Source: Bacteriovoracaceae bacterium (GTDB lineage: Bacteria; Bdellovibrionota; Bacteriovoracia; Bacteriovoracales; Bacteriovoracaceae). From it: a stretch of DNA of 64,000 nucleotides. The stretch spans positions 704,001-768,000 of the forward strand of contig JBLWTJ010000001.1 of assembly GCA_048270185.1 (NCBI GenBank), written 5' to 3'. This document shows positions 47,562-58,544 of this stretch, piece after piece. The notes below the pieces were generated by a model. It saw only the letters and a list, made by a program, of their open reading frames with translations, ran no database searches and was not told the DNA's origin. Each line of letters begins with the position of its first letter. Position 1 is the stretch's first letter. The translations under genes were made by a program, and so were the position numbers.

Positions 47562-50108
47562 ATGGAAGATGGTAAACCGCTCATATTTCTAGAGCCCCTC
47601 ACTGATAGCGTTAAGAAGCTTAAAGAAGCCCTTGAAGCAACGGCCGAACAGGACGGAATAGAGATCTATGAAGTCGAAAATCCAGAGGAATACAATCAAC
47701 TAATCCCTACAATTGGCCAATCACTAACTATTGCATGCTCTCCTAAAAAGACAGCACAATGTATTCAACCATTAAGAAAATTCATTTTAAAGAATAACGT
47801 CAAAGTACTTCTTATTAATAATAAGAATATTCCACCTAAGACTTTAGAGAAGTTCAGAAAGATAGGACTTACTGAATATATACAGGAACCAGTTCCTCCT
47901 AAAACCCTACTCTATAAAGTTAGTCTTATTCTACGCTCCTTGAAAAAAGCTGAAGAAGAGCATGATATGGAGTTTAAAACAGGTGAAGAGCGACAGGTCA
48001 TCGAAAATGATTATGAAGACAAGAAAGAGAGTTCTCGCTTTGCTAACGGTGGAAAACTTGAAGGTAAAGTTCATAAGCAAGAACATATAAAAGATAATAA
48101 AGATGTCTTTGACGATAATATGCTCTTTAATGATGGTGGCGAAGCGACTCAAGAAGATCCACATAAGAATACCAAAGAGTACAATGCACGCCAAAAACAA
48201 GATTCCTCCACAAGTGGAAGGTTAACTGGCCAAATTTCCAATCAGAAGAAGTATGGTGATGAAAATGATGACTTTGATGATGACGAAGATCTATTTGGTT
48301 CACTTGATAATATAAAGAAGTCTCAAAATAAAGCAGACAAGCTTGGAGGTCACCTTCAAGGTAGTGTTTCTAAAGCGCAAGAACAAGAAGACAATGATGA
48401 CTTTGATGCAGATGATCTCTTTAAGAGTCTCGATCAGAATACTAAGTCATCTTACAAAGAGGAAGACAAAGGTGGAAACCTTAGAGGTGATCTTGCTTCA
48501 ATAGAAAAAGAAGAGTCTTCTAAAGAAGAAGATGTTGATGACCTCTTTGCTAGCCTCGATAAGAACTCTAAGTCATCATATAAAGAAGAAGACAAGGGTG
48601 GAAAACTAAAGGGTAATGTTGAGACAACAAAACGCGAAGAGCTCGAAGAAGATGACTTTGATGAAGACCTCTTTGCTAGTCTTGATAACGTTAAAAAGTC
48701 TTCATATAAAGATGCACCTCAAGCAGGGGTTCTAAAAGGTGATGTCTCTCCTACTATTGATGCTGTGGAAGATGAAAAAGATAAGGACGAAGACCTATTT
48801 GCAAGCCTTGATGATATTAAGAAATCGTCTTTTCAAGATAAACAGTCAGCTCCTTTAAAGGGAGATGTGACAGCAAATGATGAAACATCTCCTACTCAAA
48901 AAGATCGAGAAGCACAAGAAGACCTCCTTGCTGGACTCGATGCCGTAAAAAAGAATAAGGCCCCAACAGGTATTGATGATATTGACCCCGAGCTCTTAGA
49001 AGATATGGACTTTCTTCAAGAAGAGTCTCAAAAATCAAATCTTTCAGGTGATCATAGTAACGAATTAATTGATAATGAAAAGGGCCTAGAAAGGAAAGGG
49101 AATGAAAAGACGGATGCAAAATCTCGCTCCGATCAAGACCTATTCGATTCCCTGGCCAAGCACGCTTCCGAAGAAGCTCCTCGCCCGGCCAATGAAGAAC
49201 TCTCTCTAAGAAGACCTGAGGATGAAGCGGACACACCTGATGAAAATCGTGGTACGTCCGATACAATCACATATGAGAAGAAAGGTGACCTTGGAGAGCA
49301 GACAATTGACTATCGAAATCTCGATAAACAACCAGTCTATGAAGGTGGAACTAAAGAAAAGCTTGAAATAAAAATCACTGATGGACAAGCTGCTCAAGTA
49401 AAGAAAGAGCAAGAAGGCTTCGAACATCAAGAATCATCATTCGAAGATGATGATCTCTTTGATTTCGATTTTGATGACGACGACGATGAATACGATGCAG
49501 AGGAAGAAGCACGAGCTCAAGCTGAAGCGCAAAGAGAAGCAGAAGAAGAGGCCCGCGAAGAACAAGAACTTGAAGAGGCCCTCAATTCTATAATTATCCC
49601 AGATCCAAAAGATATGGACTTCTTTATTGAAGCTACAAATAAAGTTATTCTTGGTGATAGCATCAAACAAATGACAAGTGATTATATCAATAGCTTCTGT
49701 AGTGGAACACTCGTTGTTTATAACCTTGAAAATGAATGTATTCTAGGCAATGAGATTGTTGATGAGCGTTTCGAGGCAATTAAAAATGTTTTAAAGATAA
49801 AGCGCAAACCAAGTTGGAACGATACAAGCTTTCGAAGTGAACTTCTATACTACCACTGCCCTATTATTGAAAACGGTCGATATCATAACTTCATCATCTT
49901 TATGACAACACCTCAAGATATCAATCGCGACAAAGCTATACCAGCACGTATTGAGCTATGTATGACGGCCCTAAAGGGAAGCTATCTAAATGGGGATGAT
50001 CGAAGCACCACAAAAATTGAAACGAAAAAATCGGCCATTAATAATGTGAAAGATTCGGTTTCAGGCCTATTTAAAGGCTTCTTTGGAAAGAAAGAAAAAA
50101 AGGCATAG
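47562..50108 (+). CDS. Pseudo-receiver domain protein with long acidic repeat region and C-terminal globular domain
   Basis: N-terminal ~125 aa fit a REC pattern (KIGLTEYIQEPV..KTLLYKV) without the canonical Asp; D/E-rich repeats. Confidence 0.7.
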   Translation: MEDGKPLIFLEPLTDSVKKLKEALEATAEQDGIEIYEVENPEEYNQLIPTIGQSLTIACSPKKTAQCIQPLRKFILKNNVKVLLINNKNIPPKTLEKFRKIGLTEYIQEPVPPKTLLYKVSLILRSLKKAEEEHDMEFKTGEERQVIENDYEDKKESSRFANGGKLEGKVHKQEHIKDNKDVFDDNMLFNDGGEATQEDPHKNTKEYNARQKQDSSTSGRLTGQISNQKKYGDENDDFDDDEDLFGSLDNIKKSQNKADKLGGHLQGSVSKAQEQEDNDDFDADDLFKSLDQNTKSSYKEEDKGGNLRGDLASIEKEESSKEEDVDDLFASLDKNSKSSYKEEDKGGKLKGNVETTKREELEEDDFDEDLFASLDNVKKSSYKDAPQAGVLKGDVSPTIDAVEDEKDKDEDLFASLDDIKKSSFQDKQSAPLKGDVTANDETSPTQKDREAQEDLLAGLDAVKKNKAPTGIDDIDPELLEDMDFLQEESQKSNLSGDHSNELIDNEKGLERKGNEKTDAKSRSDQDLFDSLAKHASEEAPRPANEELSLRRPEDEADTPDENRGTSDTITYEKKGDLGEQTIDYRNLDKQPVYEGGTKEKLEIKITDGQAAQVKKEQEGFEHQESSFEDDDLFDFDFDDDDDEYDAEEEARAQAEAQREAEEEAREEQELEEALNSIIIPDPKDMDFFIEATNKVILGDSIKQMTSDYINSFCSGTLVVYNLENECILGNEIVDERFEAIKNVLKIKRKPSWNDTSFRSELLYYHCPIIENGRYHNFIIFMTTPQDINRDKAIPARIELCMTALKGSYLNGDDRSTTKIETKKSAINNVKDSVSGLFKGFFGKKEKKA
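48270..48960 (+). repeat. 126-bp (42-aa) tandem repeat, at least 6 units
   Basis: DLF/DLL codons at 48288, 48414, 48540, 48666, 48792, 48921; unit DLFxSLDxxxKSSYKxxxxGGxLxGxV. Confidence 0.85.
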
Positions 50109-50112
50109 AAGA

Positions 50113-51126
50113 ATGAGAACATATTTCTTTATCAAATTAAAATCGTTAAAAGATATTAGAACTTTTCCGTTCTCTCTCTACCTCTATAATACAAAAGAAA
50201 AATTCTACAATGACTACCTTGCAGCCAATACGCCAATGACAGAGGATAGCTATCAATTACTTCAATATATTGAAGAGAATAAGAATGGAAAGATTGCCAT
50301 TAAAATGTCACAGCGTATGACCTACTTGGCAACGGTAGGAGAACTTGTTGATGTTGATCCCCTTGAGATAGCAAAGGCAAAGAAGAAAACACAAGTCTTA
50401 AGTGAGTATGAAAAGATTGTTGAAGCAGATGAAGCTGAGAATAAAAGTGCCCAACCTCCTCTTCGTATGATGATGTCAAAATCAATTGATCGCGATGATT
50501 TTCTTCCAATTATACTAAGAGCACAAAAAGAAATTATTCTCTTTCCTATTAATCTTTCTCATACAGTCTCTCTAGCAAGGCACTTTGCTAGTCAGCATCT
50601 ACATACAGATAATTTAACAAATCGAATCGTTGCCTTAAGCTACTTCTTTGCAAAGAAGGTTGGAATCAAAGAGCAACAAAAGCTAGCCGATCTGATCTGT
50701 GCGGCCTTCTTATGTAATATTGGACTAACTCAAATCTCACCCAATATTATTCATGAAGATCAAAATAAAATTTCGACAGATCAAATTGAACAATACTATA
50801 AGCATGTTAAATTTAGTCGTATGTTCATTGATCAATCAAAGATCGACTTAAGCTATGAGTGCAAGAAGATTATTGATCATCATCACGAGAAATACGATGG
50901 TTCAGGTATGCCAAGTCAGGTTTCACAGGCAGGGCTTACCCTTGAATCTGAGATCCTCGAGTTCGTAACCCATACTCTAGAATATAGTAGTGGTTTTATC
51001 ACAGGGGAAAAGAATGTTCTTAGTAGTGTGATCTATATGATTGATGCTCAAGCAGGACTTCCTGGCCTCAATATCAATTATAGTTCAAAGATTAGGCCCT
51101 ATATCACACAGCTCTTAAGTCTCTAA
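50113..51126 (+). CDS. Degenerate HD-GYP domain protein
   Basis: AAFLCNIG (canonical LLHDIG), HHHEKYDGSGMP (canonical HHERxDGSGYP); probable start MRTYF. Confidence 0.75.
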   Translation: MRTYFFIKLKSLKDIRTFPFSLYLYNTKEKFYNDYLAANTPMTEDSYQLLQYIEENKNGKIAIKMSQRMTYLATVGELVDVDPLEIAKAKKKTQVLSEYEKIVEADEAENKSAQPPLRMMMSKSIDRDDFLPIILRAQKEIILFPINLSHTVSLARHFASQHLHTDNLTNRIVALSYFFAKKVGIKEQQKLADLICAAFLCNIGLTQISPNIIHEDQNKISTDQIEQYYKHVKFSRMFIDQSKIDLSYECKKIIDHHHEKYDGSGMPSQVSQAGLTLESEILEFVTHTLEYSSGFITGEKNVLSSVIYMIDAQAGLPGLNINYSSKIRPYITQLLSL

Positions 51127-51130
51127 AACT

Positions 51131-52267
51131 TTAGTTAAAGCTAGCATATGGAAGTGTATTACGCCCATTCCATGAATGAAGGTTGGCTTCAACACGTGTA
51201 CTCTTATCTTTCTTTTCATGTACTTCAATTTTAGCAAAAGTTAAATTAGCATTTGAGCCACCTTTACCAAAATCGAGATTATACATACGAGTCCAAGTTC
51301 CGGTGTTGATAAAAGTCTTGCCATTTGTGTACGTTCGACAAATTGGCTCGTGAGTATGCCCAACAATTAGGACGTCTGTATCATCTGCATTTTGTAGGTA
51401 ATCAAAAGTAATGGATTCATAATCTTGAAATAGATGTAATTCTTTGAAAAAGAGCTTTATCCAATCCCCAAAATTATCGCTAATTTTAAAAAGGTAAATT
51501 GAGCGAACCATGATGAAGTAGATGGTATTGGCCATCATAAATCGTAATGTGAAGAAAGTGTCGTAAATTAATCCATTGATTAGAAATTTATTAATCGGTC
51601 TCACGGCATTGACGTGATCTCTTTCTTCTTTAAACTTATTAATGACTCGAGTGACATAATATGAACCCCAAGGAGGATTAAAGTATTTCTTTCCTTCTTC
51701 ATCTTCAATAATACAGTGGTCTTCATCAAAGGTATGAGCGATTTCATATTCATGGCCATGCTTTAAAACAACTCTTGGAGTTGGCCTATAATCATCATTT
51801 AGATGCTTAATAACAAAAAGATCTCGTACATCTTCATCAAAGCAATCAAGAACCATCTTCTTAAGTGAATCAAACACTAGCTCTGCATCGTGATTACCAA
51901 TAATGAAGGTAACCTTCTTATTCTTTGCCTTTAGGAACTTATTTAAGGCTTCCATTACTTCTGGGTGGGCCTTAAGGATCATCTCTAATTTCTTTAAGGA
52001 CGACTCTTCTGACCAAAATTCATCATCGTAGACTTTTACATAAGGTACGGCCAAAAGATCAAAGAAGTCACCATTGATTATTAACTCAACATCTTTACTG
52101 GCATAGTCATCACTACTAAAGTATTCCAGAAATTCAACTAGTTCTTCGTCATAGTGGAAGTCTTCAAGATAATTGCGAACACCATTCACATACTCACCTG
52201 CACCCAAGTGAACATCTGAGATGACGATAATAGTTTTCTTTGAATTACTCTTGCGCAGGAATCTCAT
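51131..52267 (-). CDS. Calcineurin-like metallophosphoesterase
   Basis: ISDVHLG, NGDFFD, GNHD, HGH, GHTH, NTGTW. Confidence 0.85.
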   Translation of the reverse strand: MRFLRKSNSKKTIIVISDVHLGAGEYVNGVRNYLEDFHYDEELVEFLEYFSSDDYASKDVELIINGDFFDLLAVPYVKVYDDEFWSEESSLKKLEMILKAHPEVMEALNKFLKAKNKKVTFIIGNHDAELVFDSLKKMVLDCFDEDVRDLFVIKHLNDDYRPTPRVVLKHGHEYEIAHTFDEDHCIIEDEEGKKYFNPPWGSYYVTRVINKFKEERDHVNAVRPINKFLINGLIYDTFFTLRFMMANTIYFIMVRSIYLFKISDNFGDWIKLFFKELHLFQDYESITFDYLQNADDTDVLIVGHTHEPICRTYTNGKTFINTGTWTRMYNLDFGKGGSNANLTFAKIEVHEKKDKSTRVEANLHSWNGRNTLPYASFN

Positions 52268-52619
52268 ATGCGGATTTTCCTATATTTAAAATGATTTTTT
52301 GAAAGGCCGGATCAAGTGGTACAAAGTAAAATTTCTTATCGGTATCGAAATTAAACTCCACTGTTTTCTCACCATCTGATTTAACTGTGATGAATTTTAG
52401 ATTCTTTTCATTCTCATCAATAAATTTTCCCTTAATTGAATTTAAGGTTTTATTTTGTAAAATAACTGCAACTCGCCCACCGCGCTTCTTAGCAGGAGAG
52501 ACGACTTTATAATAATTAGGCATTGCCTGAATAATAAAGGCCTCTGCTCTCTCCATTCGCTGTGCGAGAGTGCTAAATTGTAAACAAATCCCAAAAATTA
52601 GTGGCCTAAGGTAATTCAT
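52245..52619 (-). CDS. Small secreted beta-rich hypothetical protein
   Basis: Signal-peptide-like N-terminus; overlaps the phosphoesterase start. Confidence 0.6.
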   Translation of the reverse strand: MNYLRPLIFGICLQFSTLAQRMERAEAFIIQAMPNYYKVVSPAKKRGGRVAVILQNKTLNSIKGKFIDENEKNLKFITVKSDGEKTVEFNFDTDKKFYFVPLDPAFQKIILNIGKSAYEIPAQE

Positions 52620-52733
52620 ATAACTATTGTAACTATTTAAAATCTTATAAGGGCACTATGGCAAAGCTTACCTACTGCACACTTTCATTCATCATAAATT
52701 TGAATGACTCTATAGGCGTCCGATGAATTAGCT

Positions 52734-53252
52734 ATGATAACGACACTGAAGAAAACATTCACAAGATCAAATACACAAGAAGACAAACCAACTGAGTTAG
52801 TCAACTTTAGCGACCCGGCCCATCACTGGATCAATGAGAACACTCATATTAAGCGCTTCTTTGAGACGGCCATTTCAATGCTTGATAGCGAGGATATTGA
52901 AAGTCTTAAGACTTATGGTGAACTTGTGTTCTTAGAATCTAAGGGAATGTATTCAAGTGTTATTCCATCTCACGGTGATAAGACTTTTATTATCGTCTAC
53001 CCTGAGCTTATGAAGATGATCCGTTCAGCTGATAATGAACAGGCCTATGCTGTCATCTTTCACGAATTAGGACATCTCTATTATCGTCACTTTACAATGA
53101 GATCCGTTATTGATGATATGACTAAGCAAATTGAAGCCGATGAATTTGCCATTCGCCACGGACATGCAAGAGGTTTATTCAATTTTCTAAAGAGTATGCC
53201 AATTAGTCATGAAGTTAGCCGAAGACTAGAAATGATTCGTTTAAGAGCTTAA
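52734..53252 (+). CDS. Zinc metalloprotease-like protein (M48/M56-like HEXXH)
   Basis: AVIFHELGH...EADEFA...HEVSRRL. Confidence 0.7.
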   Translation: MITTLKKTFTRSNTQEDKPTELVNFSDPAHHWINENTHIKRFFETAISMLDSEDIESLKTYGELVFLESKGMYSSVIPSHGDKTFIIVYPELMKMIRSADNEQAYAVIFHELGHLYYRHFTMRSVIDDMTKQIEADEFAIRHGHARGLFNFLKSMPISHEVSRRLEMIRLRA

Positions 53253-55212
53253 TCTCATCACGAATTTTCGCGGCATCTTCAAAGCGTAAATCTTTTGATG
53301 CCTCTTTCATCTCAATCTTTAACTCAGCAATACGTTTTTTGATTTCATCAGGAGTCATTGTGACATCTTTTCGTGCAGACTTCTTGCCTTTCTTCTTACC
53401 GCCACGAAGGGTTTCGATTACACCTCCAGATACTTCTTTTAGAATTGTTTGTGGTGTAATTCCATGTTCTTCATTGTAGGCCATTTGAATCGCGCGACGT
53501 CTCTTGGTTTCACCAATAGCTCGCTCCATCGATTTGGTTTCTTTATAGGCATACATTAGAACCTTACCATCACTATTTCTGGCCGCACGTCCGATCGTCT
53601 GGACAAGAGATCTCTCACTACGAAGAAAGCCTTCTTTGTCAGCATCCAAGATGGCAACAAGTGATACTTCTGGTATATCAAGCCCCTCTCTTAAGAGGTT
53701 GATTCCAACGAGAACGTCAAACTCCCCTAAACGTAGATCGCGAATAATCTCAACTCTCTCAATTGTATCGATATCACTGTGAAGATACTTAACTTTAATT
53801 CCACTTCCGTGATAGAAGTTTGTCAGCTCTTCGGCAAGCTTCTTAGTTAAAGTCGTAATTAGTACGCGTTGTCCTTTATCCACAATACGCTTTACTTCAA
53901 CTAAAAGATCATCAACTTGATTTGTAGCATCTCTTACTTCAATAATGGGATCAAGAAGACCTGTTGGCCTAATAATCTGTTCAGCAAACTCTCCATGCGT
54001 TCTCTCTAATTCATAATTGCCTGGAGTTGCTGAAACATAGAGAACGTCATCTAATTTTGTTTTAAACTCTTCAAAATTAAGAGGACGGTTATCGAGGGCC
54101 GAAGGCAGTCTAAACCCATATTCCACGAGATTGAGCTTTCTTGCCCTATCACCACGATACATCCCACCAACTTGAGGTACAGTTATATGGGACTCATCAA
54201 TAATCATCAAAAAGTCTTTCTTAAAATAATCAATAAGCGTTGGAGGCGGCTCTCCAGGAGCACTTCCTGTCATATGACGAGAGTAATTTTCAATTCCAGA
54301 ACAAAAGCCCATCTCTTCTAGCATCTCAATATCAAGAAGAGTTCTCTGCTCAAGCCTCTGTTTTTCAACAAGTTTATTTTGTTTTTCTAATTCTTGCAGT
54401 CGCTCTCTTAATTCGACCTTAATCGTCTCAAGGGCACCATCCATTTTCTCCTCACCAACAACATAGTGAGACTTTGGATAGATCGTAACTTTTGGCAGTG
54501 ATTGTATTTTTGTACCGCGAAGAGGATCCACAATGGTAATACTCTCTATCTCTTCATCAAAGAATTCAATGCGAATAACATTTGAGTCTTCGTGGGCCGG
54601 GAAGATTTCAACGATATCACCTCGTACTCGAAAGCAGCCACGAACAAAGTCGATATCATTTCTTTCATATTGAATACTCACAAGAGATCTTAGAAATTCA
54701 TCTCGATCAAGTTCATCTCCAACAAAGAGAGTCTCTCTCATATTGGCATACTCATCAGGAGAACCAATACCGTAGATACAACTCACAGATGAAATGATGA
54801 TAACATCATCACGCTCTAGTAATGACCTTGTGGCACTATGGCGAAGTTTATCAATCTCATCATTAACAGATGAGTCTTTCTCAATGAAGGTATCACTTCC
54901 TGGAACATAGGCTTCCGGTTGGTAGTAGTCGTAGTACGAAACAAAGTATTCAACAGCATTATCTGGAAAGAACTCGCGAAACTCAGCATAGAGCTGGGCG
55001 GCCAGTGTCTTATTATGTGCGAGAATCAAAGTCTTCTTTCCTAGCTTTTGAATAACATTGGCCATGGTAAAGGTCTTACCAGATCCAGTTACACCAAGAA
55101 GAACCTGCTCTTTTTCACCGGCAGCAAGCTTCGTTGTGATCGTCTTAATTGCTTCTGGCTGATCACCACATGGTTGGAACTTTGATTTGAGATTAAAGAC
55201 TTTGTTGTTCAT
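53215..55212 (-). CDS. uvrB: Excinuclease ABC subunit B
   Basis: [18 protein letters not shown] beta-hairpin, DESH, GRAARN, C-terminal UVR motif [11 protein letters not shown]. Confidence 0.97.
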   Translation of the reverse strand: MNNKVFNLKSKFQPCGDQPEAIKTITTKLAAGEKEQVLLGVTGSGKTFTMANVIQKLGKKTLILAHNKTLAAQLYAEFREFFPDNAVEYFVSYYDYYQPEAYVPGSDTFIEKDSSVNDEIDKLRHSATRSLLERDDVIIISSVSCIYGIGSPDEYANMRETLFVGDELDRDEFLRSLVSIQYERNDIDFVRGCFRVRGDIVEIFPAHEDSNVIRIEFFDEEIESITIVDPLRGTKIQSLPKVTIYPKSHYVVGEEKMDGALETIKVELRERLQELEKQNKLVEKQRLEQRTLLDIEMLEEMGFCSGIENYSRHMTGSAPGEPPPTLIDYFKKDFLMIIDESHITVPQVGGMYRGDRARKLNLVEYGFRLPSALDNRPLNFEEFKTKLDDVLYVSATPGNYELERTHGEFAEQIIRPTGLLDPIIEVRDATNQVDDLLVEVKRIVDKGQRVLITTLTKKLAEELTNFYHGSGIKVKYLHSDIDTIERVEIIRDLRLGEFDVLVGINLLREGLDIPEVSLVAILDADKEGFLRSERSLVQTIGRAARNSDGKVLMYAYKETKSMERAIGETKRRRAIQMAYNEEHGITPQTILKEVSGGVIETLRGGKKKGKKSARKDVTMTPDEIKKRIAELKIEMKEASKDLRFEDAAKIRDEIKLLNESFLVFG

Positions 55213-55243
55213 ATTAGGTATTGTAGCTTAATTACACCCCTAA

Positions 55244-55287
55244 AAACAAATAAAGCGTTTGTAAGTATTAACCCACAAACGCTTATT
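55244..55287 (-). terminator. Hairpin with T-rich tail downstream of carD
   Basis: AAGCGTTTGT (55253-55262) / ACAAACGCTT (55275-55284); on the minus strand followed by TATTTGTTTTT. Confidence 0.55.
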
Positions 55288-55345
55288 CACACACACAACA
55301 CAAGAGAAAAGTTCAAAAAGATTTTTTGAACTTAAGCTATCTTAA

Positions 55346-55822
55346 TTAGTTATTAAAACAGCTCTCAATTTGATTTTTTATTTCTGTTTTTTCAGAACCA
55401 TTCTGGATTGAAATCTCCTGAACAAGTAGGTCTCTACATTGCTCAAGCATCTTCTTTTCTCCGAAAGAAAGATTCTTCTTATTCTTAAGTAAGAATAATG
55501 ATCTTAGGACATCCGCAATCTCTAAAAGTGAACCTGTCTTCACTTTTTCCATATAGTCTCTATAGCGACGGTTCCAAGTTGAATTATCAACCTTCACGTC
55601 ATGATCATTTAGAAGTTCATAAACTTCATTTATTTCATTTTCGTCAACCAAGACTCTGATTCCATCTTTGGAATTCGTAGGAACCATAACAGTCATACCG
55701 TTAGCTACAACTTTTATGATGTAGAACGACAACTTGTGCTCTCCTACTTCGCGATCTTCGATGTCCACAATTTGACCGACACCGTGTCCAGGGCAAACTG
55801 CGTAATCTCCAATGTTAAACAT
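55346..55822 (-). CDS. carD: CarD/CdnL family RNA polymerase-binding regulator
   Basis: F.IGD.AV.PGHGVG, TWNRRYR, LSFGEKKML; GGAGGT RBS before ATG 55822. Confidence 0.9.
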   Translation of the reverse strand: MFNIGDYAVCPGHGVGQIVDIEDREVGEHKLSFYIIKVVANGMTVMVPTNSKDGIRVLVDENEINEVYELLNDHDVKVDNSTWNRRYRDYMEKVKTGSLLEIADVLRSLFLLKNKKNLSFGEKKMLEQCRDLLVQEISIQNGSEKTEIKNQIESCFNN

Positions 55823-55974
55823 TTCTACCTCCATGGGTATTTCTCTCATTCATAGTTATACTACGTCGCATTATTACTCTCAATGGAGTGTGTAAGAAAT
55901 ACAGGCGGGGTATGATTTTTTGACGGAAAGTTGTAGGGGGACTTTCTTTAAATAACAGCTACTTAGGCGAGATA

Positions 55975-55997
55975 ATAAAAGGCCCCAAAAAGGGGCC
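55975..55997 (-). terminator. Intrinsic terminator of the sucCD-ndk transcript
   Basis: GGCCCC-N5-GGGGCC followed by TTTTA on the minus strand. Confidence 0.65.
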
Positions 55998-56028
55998 CTT
56001 CGATATTCAAATGATAATTATTTTCTTA

Positions 56029-56451
56029 TTACCAACGAGAAACGATTTCGTTCTTTTCGAAGAAATACGCAAGCTCTCTCTCAGCAGAAGCTAGAGAATC
56101 TGAACCGTGAACAGCATTTTCACCAATTGACTTAGCATATAGCTTTCTTAGTGTATTTTCTGCTGCTTCAGCTGGGTTAGTTGCACCCATGATTTCTCTG
56201 TTTCTTTCTACAGCGTTTTCACCTTCTAGGCACATAAGAACTACTGGTGCAGAAGTCATGAAAGCAACAAGCTCACCAAAGAATGGTCTGTCTTTGTGCT
56301 CAATATAGAAACCTTCAGCTTTCTCTTTAGAAAGGTGAGTAAGTTTAAGTGCAGCGATTCTTAGACCTTCTTCTTCGAATCTCTTTACAATGTTACCAAT
56401 GTTGTTATCAAGTAGCGCGTTTGGCTTGATGATACTAAAAGTTCTTTCCAT
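56029..56451 (-). CDS. ndk: Nucleoside diphosphate kinase
   Basis: [22 protein letters not shown]. Confidence 0.96.
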   Translation of the reverse strand: MERTFSIIKPNALLDNNIGNIVKRFEEEGLRIAALKLTHLSKEKAEGFYIEHKDRPFFGELVAFMTSAPVVLMCLEGENAVERNREIMGATNPAEAAENTLRKLYAKSIGENAVHGSDSLASAERELAYFFEKNEIVSRW

Positions 56452-56496
56452 TTCAATCTCCTTAAAATTATCTTGTGGAAAATAATAATCTTTAAA

Positions 56497-57372
56497 TTAA
56501 AGGTTCTTTAACACCTTTTCCATTGTTTCACCAAGTTCTGCAGGAGAGCGTGAAACAGTTACACCACACTCTTCAAGGATTCTGAACTTAGCTTCAGCAG
56601 TATCATCTCCACCAGAGATAATTGCTCCTGCGTGACCCATTCTCTTACCCGGAGGCGCTGAGGCACCTGCGATGAAAGATACAACAGGCTTGCTCATATT
56701 CTTTTGGATCCAACGGCCAGCATCTGTCTCAGCAGATCCACCGATCTCACCGATCATGATAACTGCATCAGTATCTGGATCTTTTTCAAATAGCTCAAGT
56801 ACGTCGATGAAGTTTGTTCCGTTTACCGGGTCACCACCGATACCAACACAAGTTGATTGTCCGATATCTCTTTGAGTTAACTGATAAACAGCTTCATAAG
56901 TAAGAGTTCCTGAACGAGAAATAACACCAACACGACCTGGCATGTGGATGTGACCTGGCATAATTCCAATCTTACACTCACCTGGAGTGATAACACCTGG
57001 ACAGTTAGGACCAATTAGTCTTGATTTTGAACCTTTTAGAGCGGCCTTAACCTTAACCATATCTAAAATAGGAATCCCTTCAGTAATAGCAATGATTAAT
57101 GGCATTTCTGCATCAATTGCTTCAAGGATTGAGTCAGCAGCAAACGGAGGTGGAACCATAATCATGGCCGCATTCGCGTCTGTTTTGCTCATAGCTTCTT
57201 TAATTGTATTGAATACAGGGAAACCTTCGTGAACAGTTCCACCCTTACCTGGAGTTACACCACCAACAAAGTTAGTACCGTAATCTCTTGATTGAAGTGA
57301 ATGGAAAGTTCCTTGTTTACCAGTGAAACCAACAGTGATTAATTTTGTATCACGATTAATAAGAATGGCCAT
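56497..57372 (-). CDS. sucD: Succinyl-CoA synthetase alpha subunit
   Basis: [28 protein letters not shown]. Confidence 0.96.
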   Translation of the reverse strand: MAILINRDTKLITVGFTGKQGTFHSLQSRDYGTNFVGGVTPGKGGTVHEGFPVFNTIKEAMSKTDANAAMIMVPPPFAADSILEAIDAEMPLIIAITEGIPILDMVKVKAALKGSKSRLIGPNCPGVITPGECKIGIMPGHIHMPGRVGVISRSGTLTYEAVYQLTQRDIGQSTCVGIGGDPVNGTNFIDVLELFEKDPDTDAVIMIGEIGGSAETDAGRWIQKNMSKPVVSFIAGASAPPGKRMGHAGAIISGGDDTAEAKFRILEECGVTVSRSPAELGETMEKVLKNL

Positions 57373-58544
57373 TACGCCTCCCCTTTTGCCGCTTCAACTG
57401 CTTTCTTAGCAGCATCAGCTAGATCTTCAGCAGCAATAATTGCAAGATCTGATTCATTTAATATTTTCTTACCTAGAGCTACGTTAGTACCTTCAAGACG
57501 TACAACTAATGGAACAGTTAAATCTAGTTCCTTAGCAGCAGCAACAACACCTTCTGCGATGATGTCACACTTCATGATTCCACCAAAGATATTTACTAGG
57601 ATAGCTTTTACATTCTCATCTTGCAGGATAAGTGAGAAAGCTTTTTGAACAGTTTCTTTTGTAGCTGATCCACCAACGTCAAGGAAGTTAGCTGGTTCAC
57701 CACCGTGAAGCTTAATAATGTCCATTGTACCCATCGCAAGACCAGCACCGTTTACTAGACAACCAATTGTTCCATCAAGCTCAATATAAGAAGCACCAAA
57801 TTCACTTGCTGCTAGTTCTTTTTCACTTTCTTCAGTTGGATCTCTTAGAGCTTCGATTTCTTTGTGCTTAAATAGTGCATTTGAATCAAAGTTAAGTTTA
57901 GCGTCTAGAGCTAAGATATCACCTTGCTTAGTTTTTACTAATGGGTTGATCTCAGCAATTGAACAATCATACTTCATATATAGATCGTATAGACCTTTAA
58001 AGAATTTTGATGCTTCAGCAACTTCTTCTTTCGTCTTTAGACCAATTCCGTAAGCAAGCTTTCTCGCAACAAATGGAGTAAATCCTGCTGCTGGGTCAAC
58101 TGCTACTTTAATAATTTTTTCTGGTGTATTGTGAGCGACTTCTTCGATCTCAACTCCACCTTCTTCAGATGCCATCATTGTTACTTTACCAGTGTTACGG
58201 TCAAGAACAACACCTGCATAGTACTCATGTTCGATATCACATCCCTCTTCAATGAAAAGAGTTAGTACTTTCTTACCTTCTGGACCAGTTTGGTGAGTAA
58301 CTAGTGTCTTACCTAGAATATCATCTGCGTGTAGACGAACTTCTTCAATCGACTTAGCAAGCTTAACACCACCTGCTTTACCACGCCCACCAGCGTGAAT
58401 CTGAGCTTTAACAACCCAAATATTTCCACCTAATTTTTCTGCCGCAGCTACTGCTTCATCAACAGTCTTTGCCACTTCACCTCTAAGAACCTTCAGGCCC
58501 ATATCTCTCATCAAACCCTTGGCCTGGTACTCATGTACGTTCAT
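57372..58544 (-). CDS. sucC: Succinyl-CoA synthetase beta subunit
   Basis: [41 protein letters not shown]. Confidence 0.96.
   Translation of the reverse strand: MNVHEYQAKGLMRDMGLKVLRGEVAKTVDEAVAAAEKLGGNIWVVKAQIHAGGRGKAGGVKLAKSIEEVRLHADDILGKTLVTHQTGPEGKKVLTLFIEEGCDIEHEYYAGVVLDRNTGKVTMMASEEGGVEIEEVAHNTPEKIIKVAVDPAAGFTPFVARKLAYGIGLKTKEEVAEASKFFKGLYDLYMKYDCSIAEINPLVKTKQGDILALDAKLNFDSNALFKHKEIEALRDPTEESEKELAASEFGASYIELDGTIGCLVNGAGLAMGTMDIIKLHGGEPANFLDVGGSATKETVQKAFSLILQDENVKAILVNIFGGIMKCDIIAEGVVAAAKELDLTVPLVVRLEGTNVALGKKILNESDLAIIAAEDLADAAKKAVEAAKGEA

Noticed and set aside
48270..48960. Periodic repeats as a possible CRISPR array
   Set aside because: Degenerate, in-frame 126-bp coding repeats varying at synonymous positions; no identical repeats with unique spacers and no cas genes.
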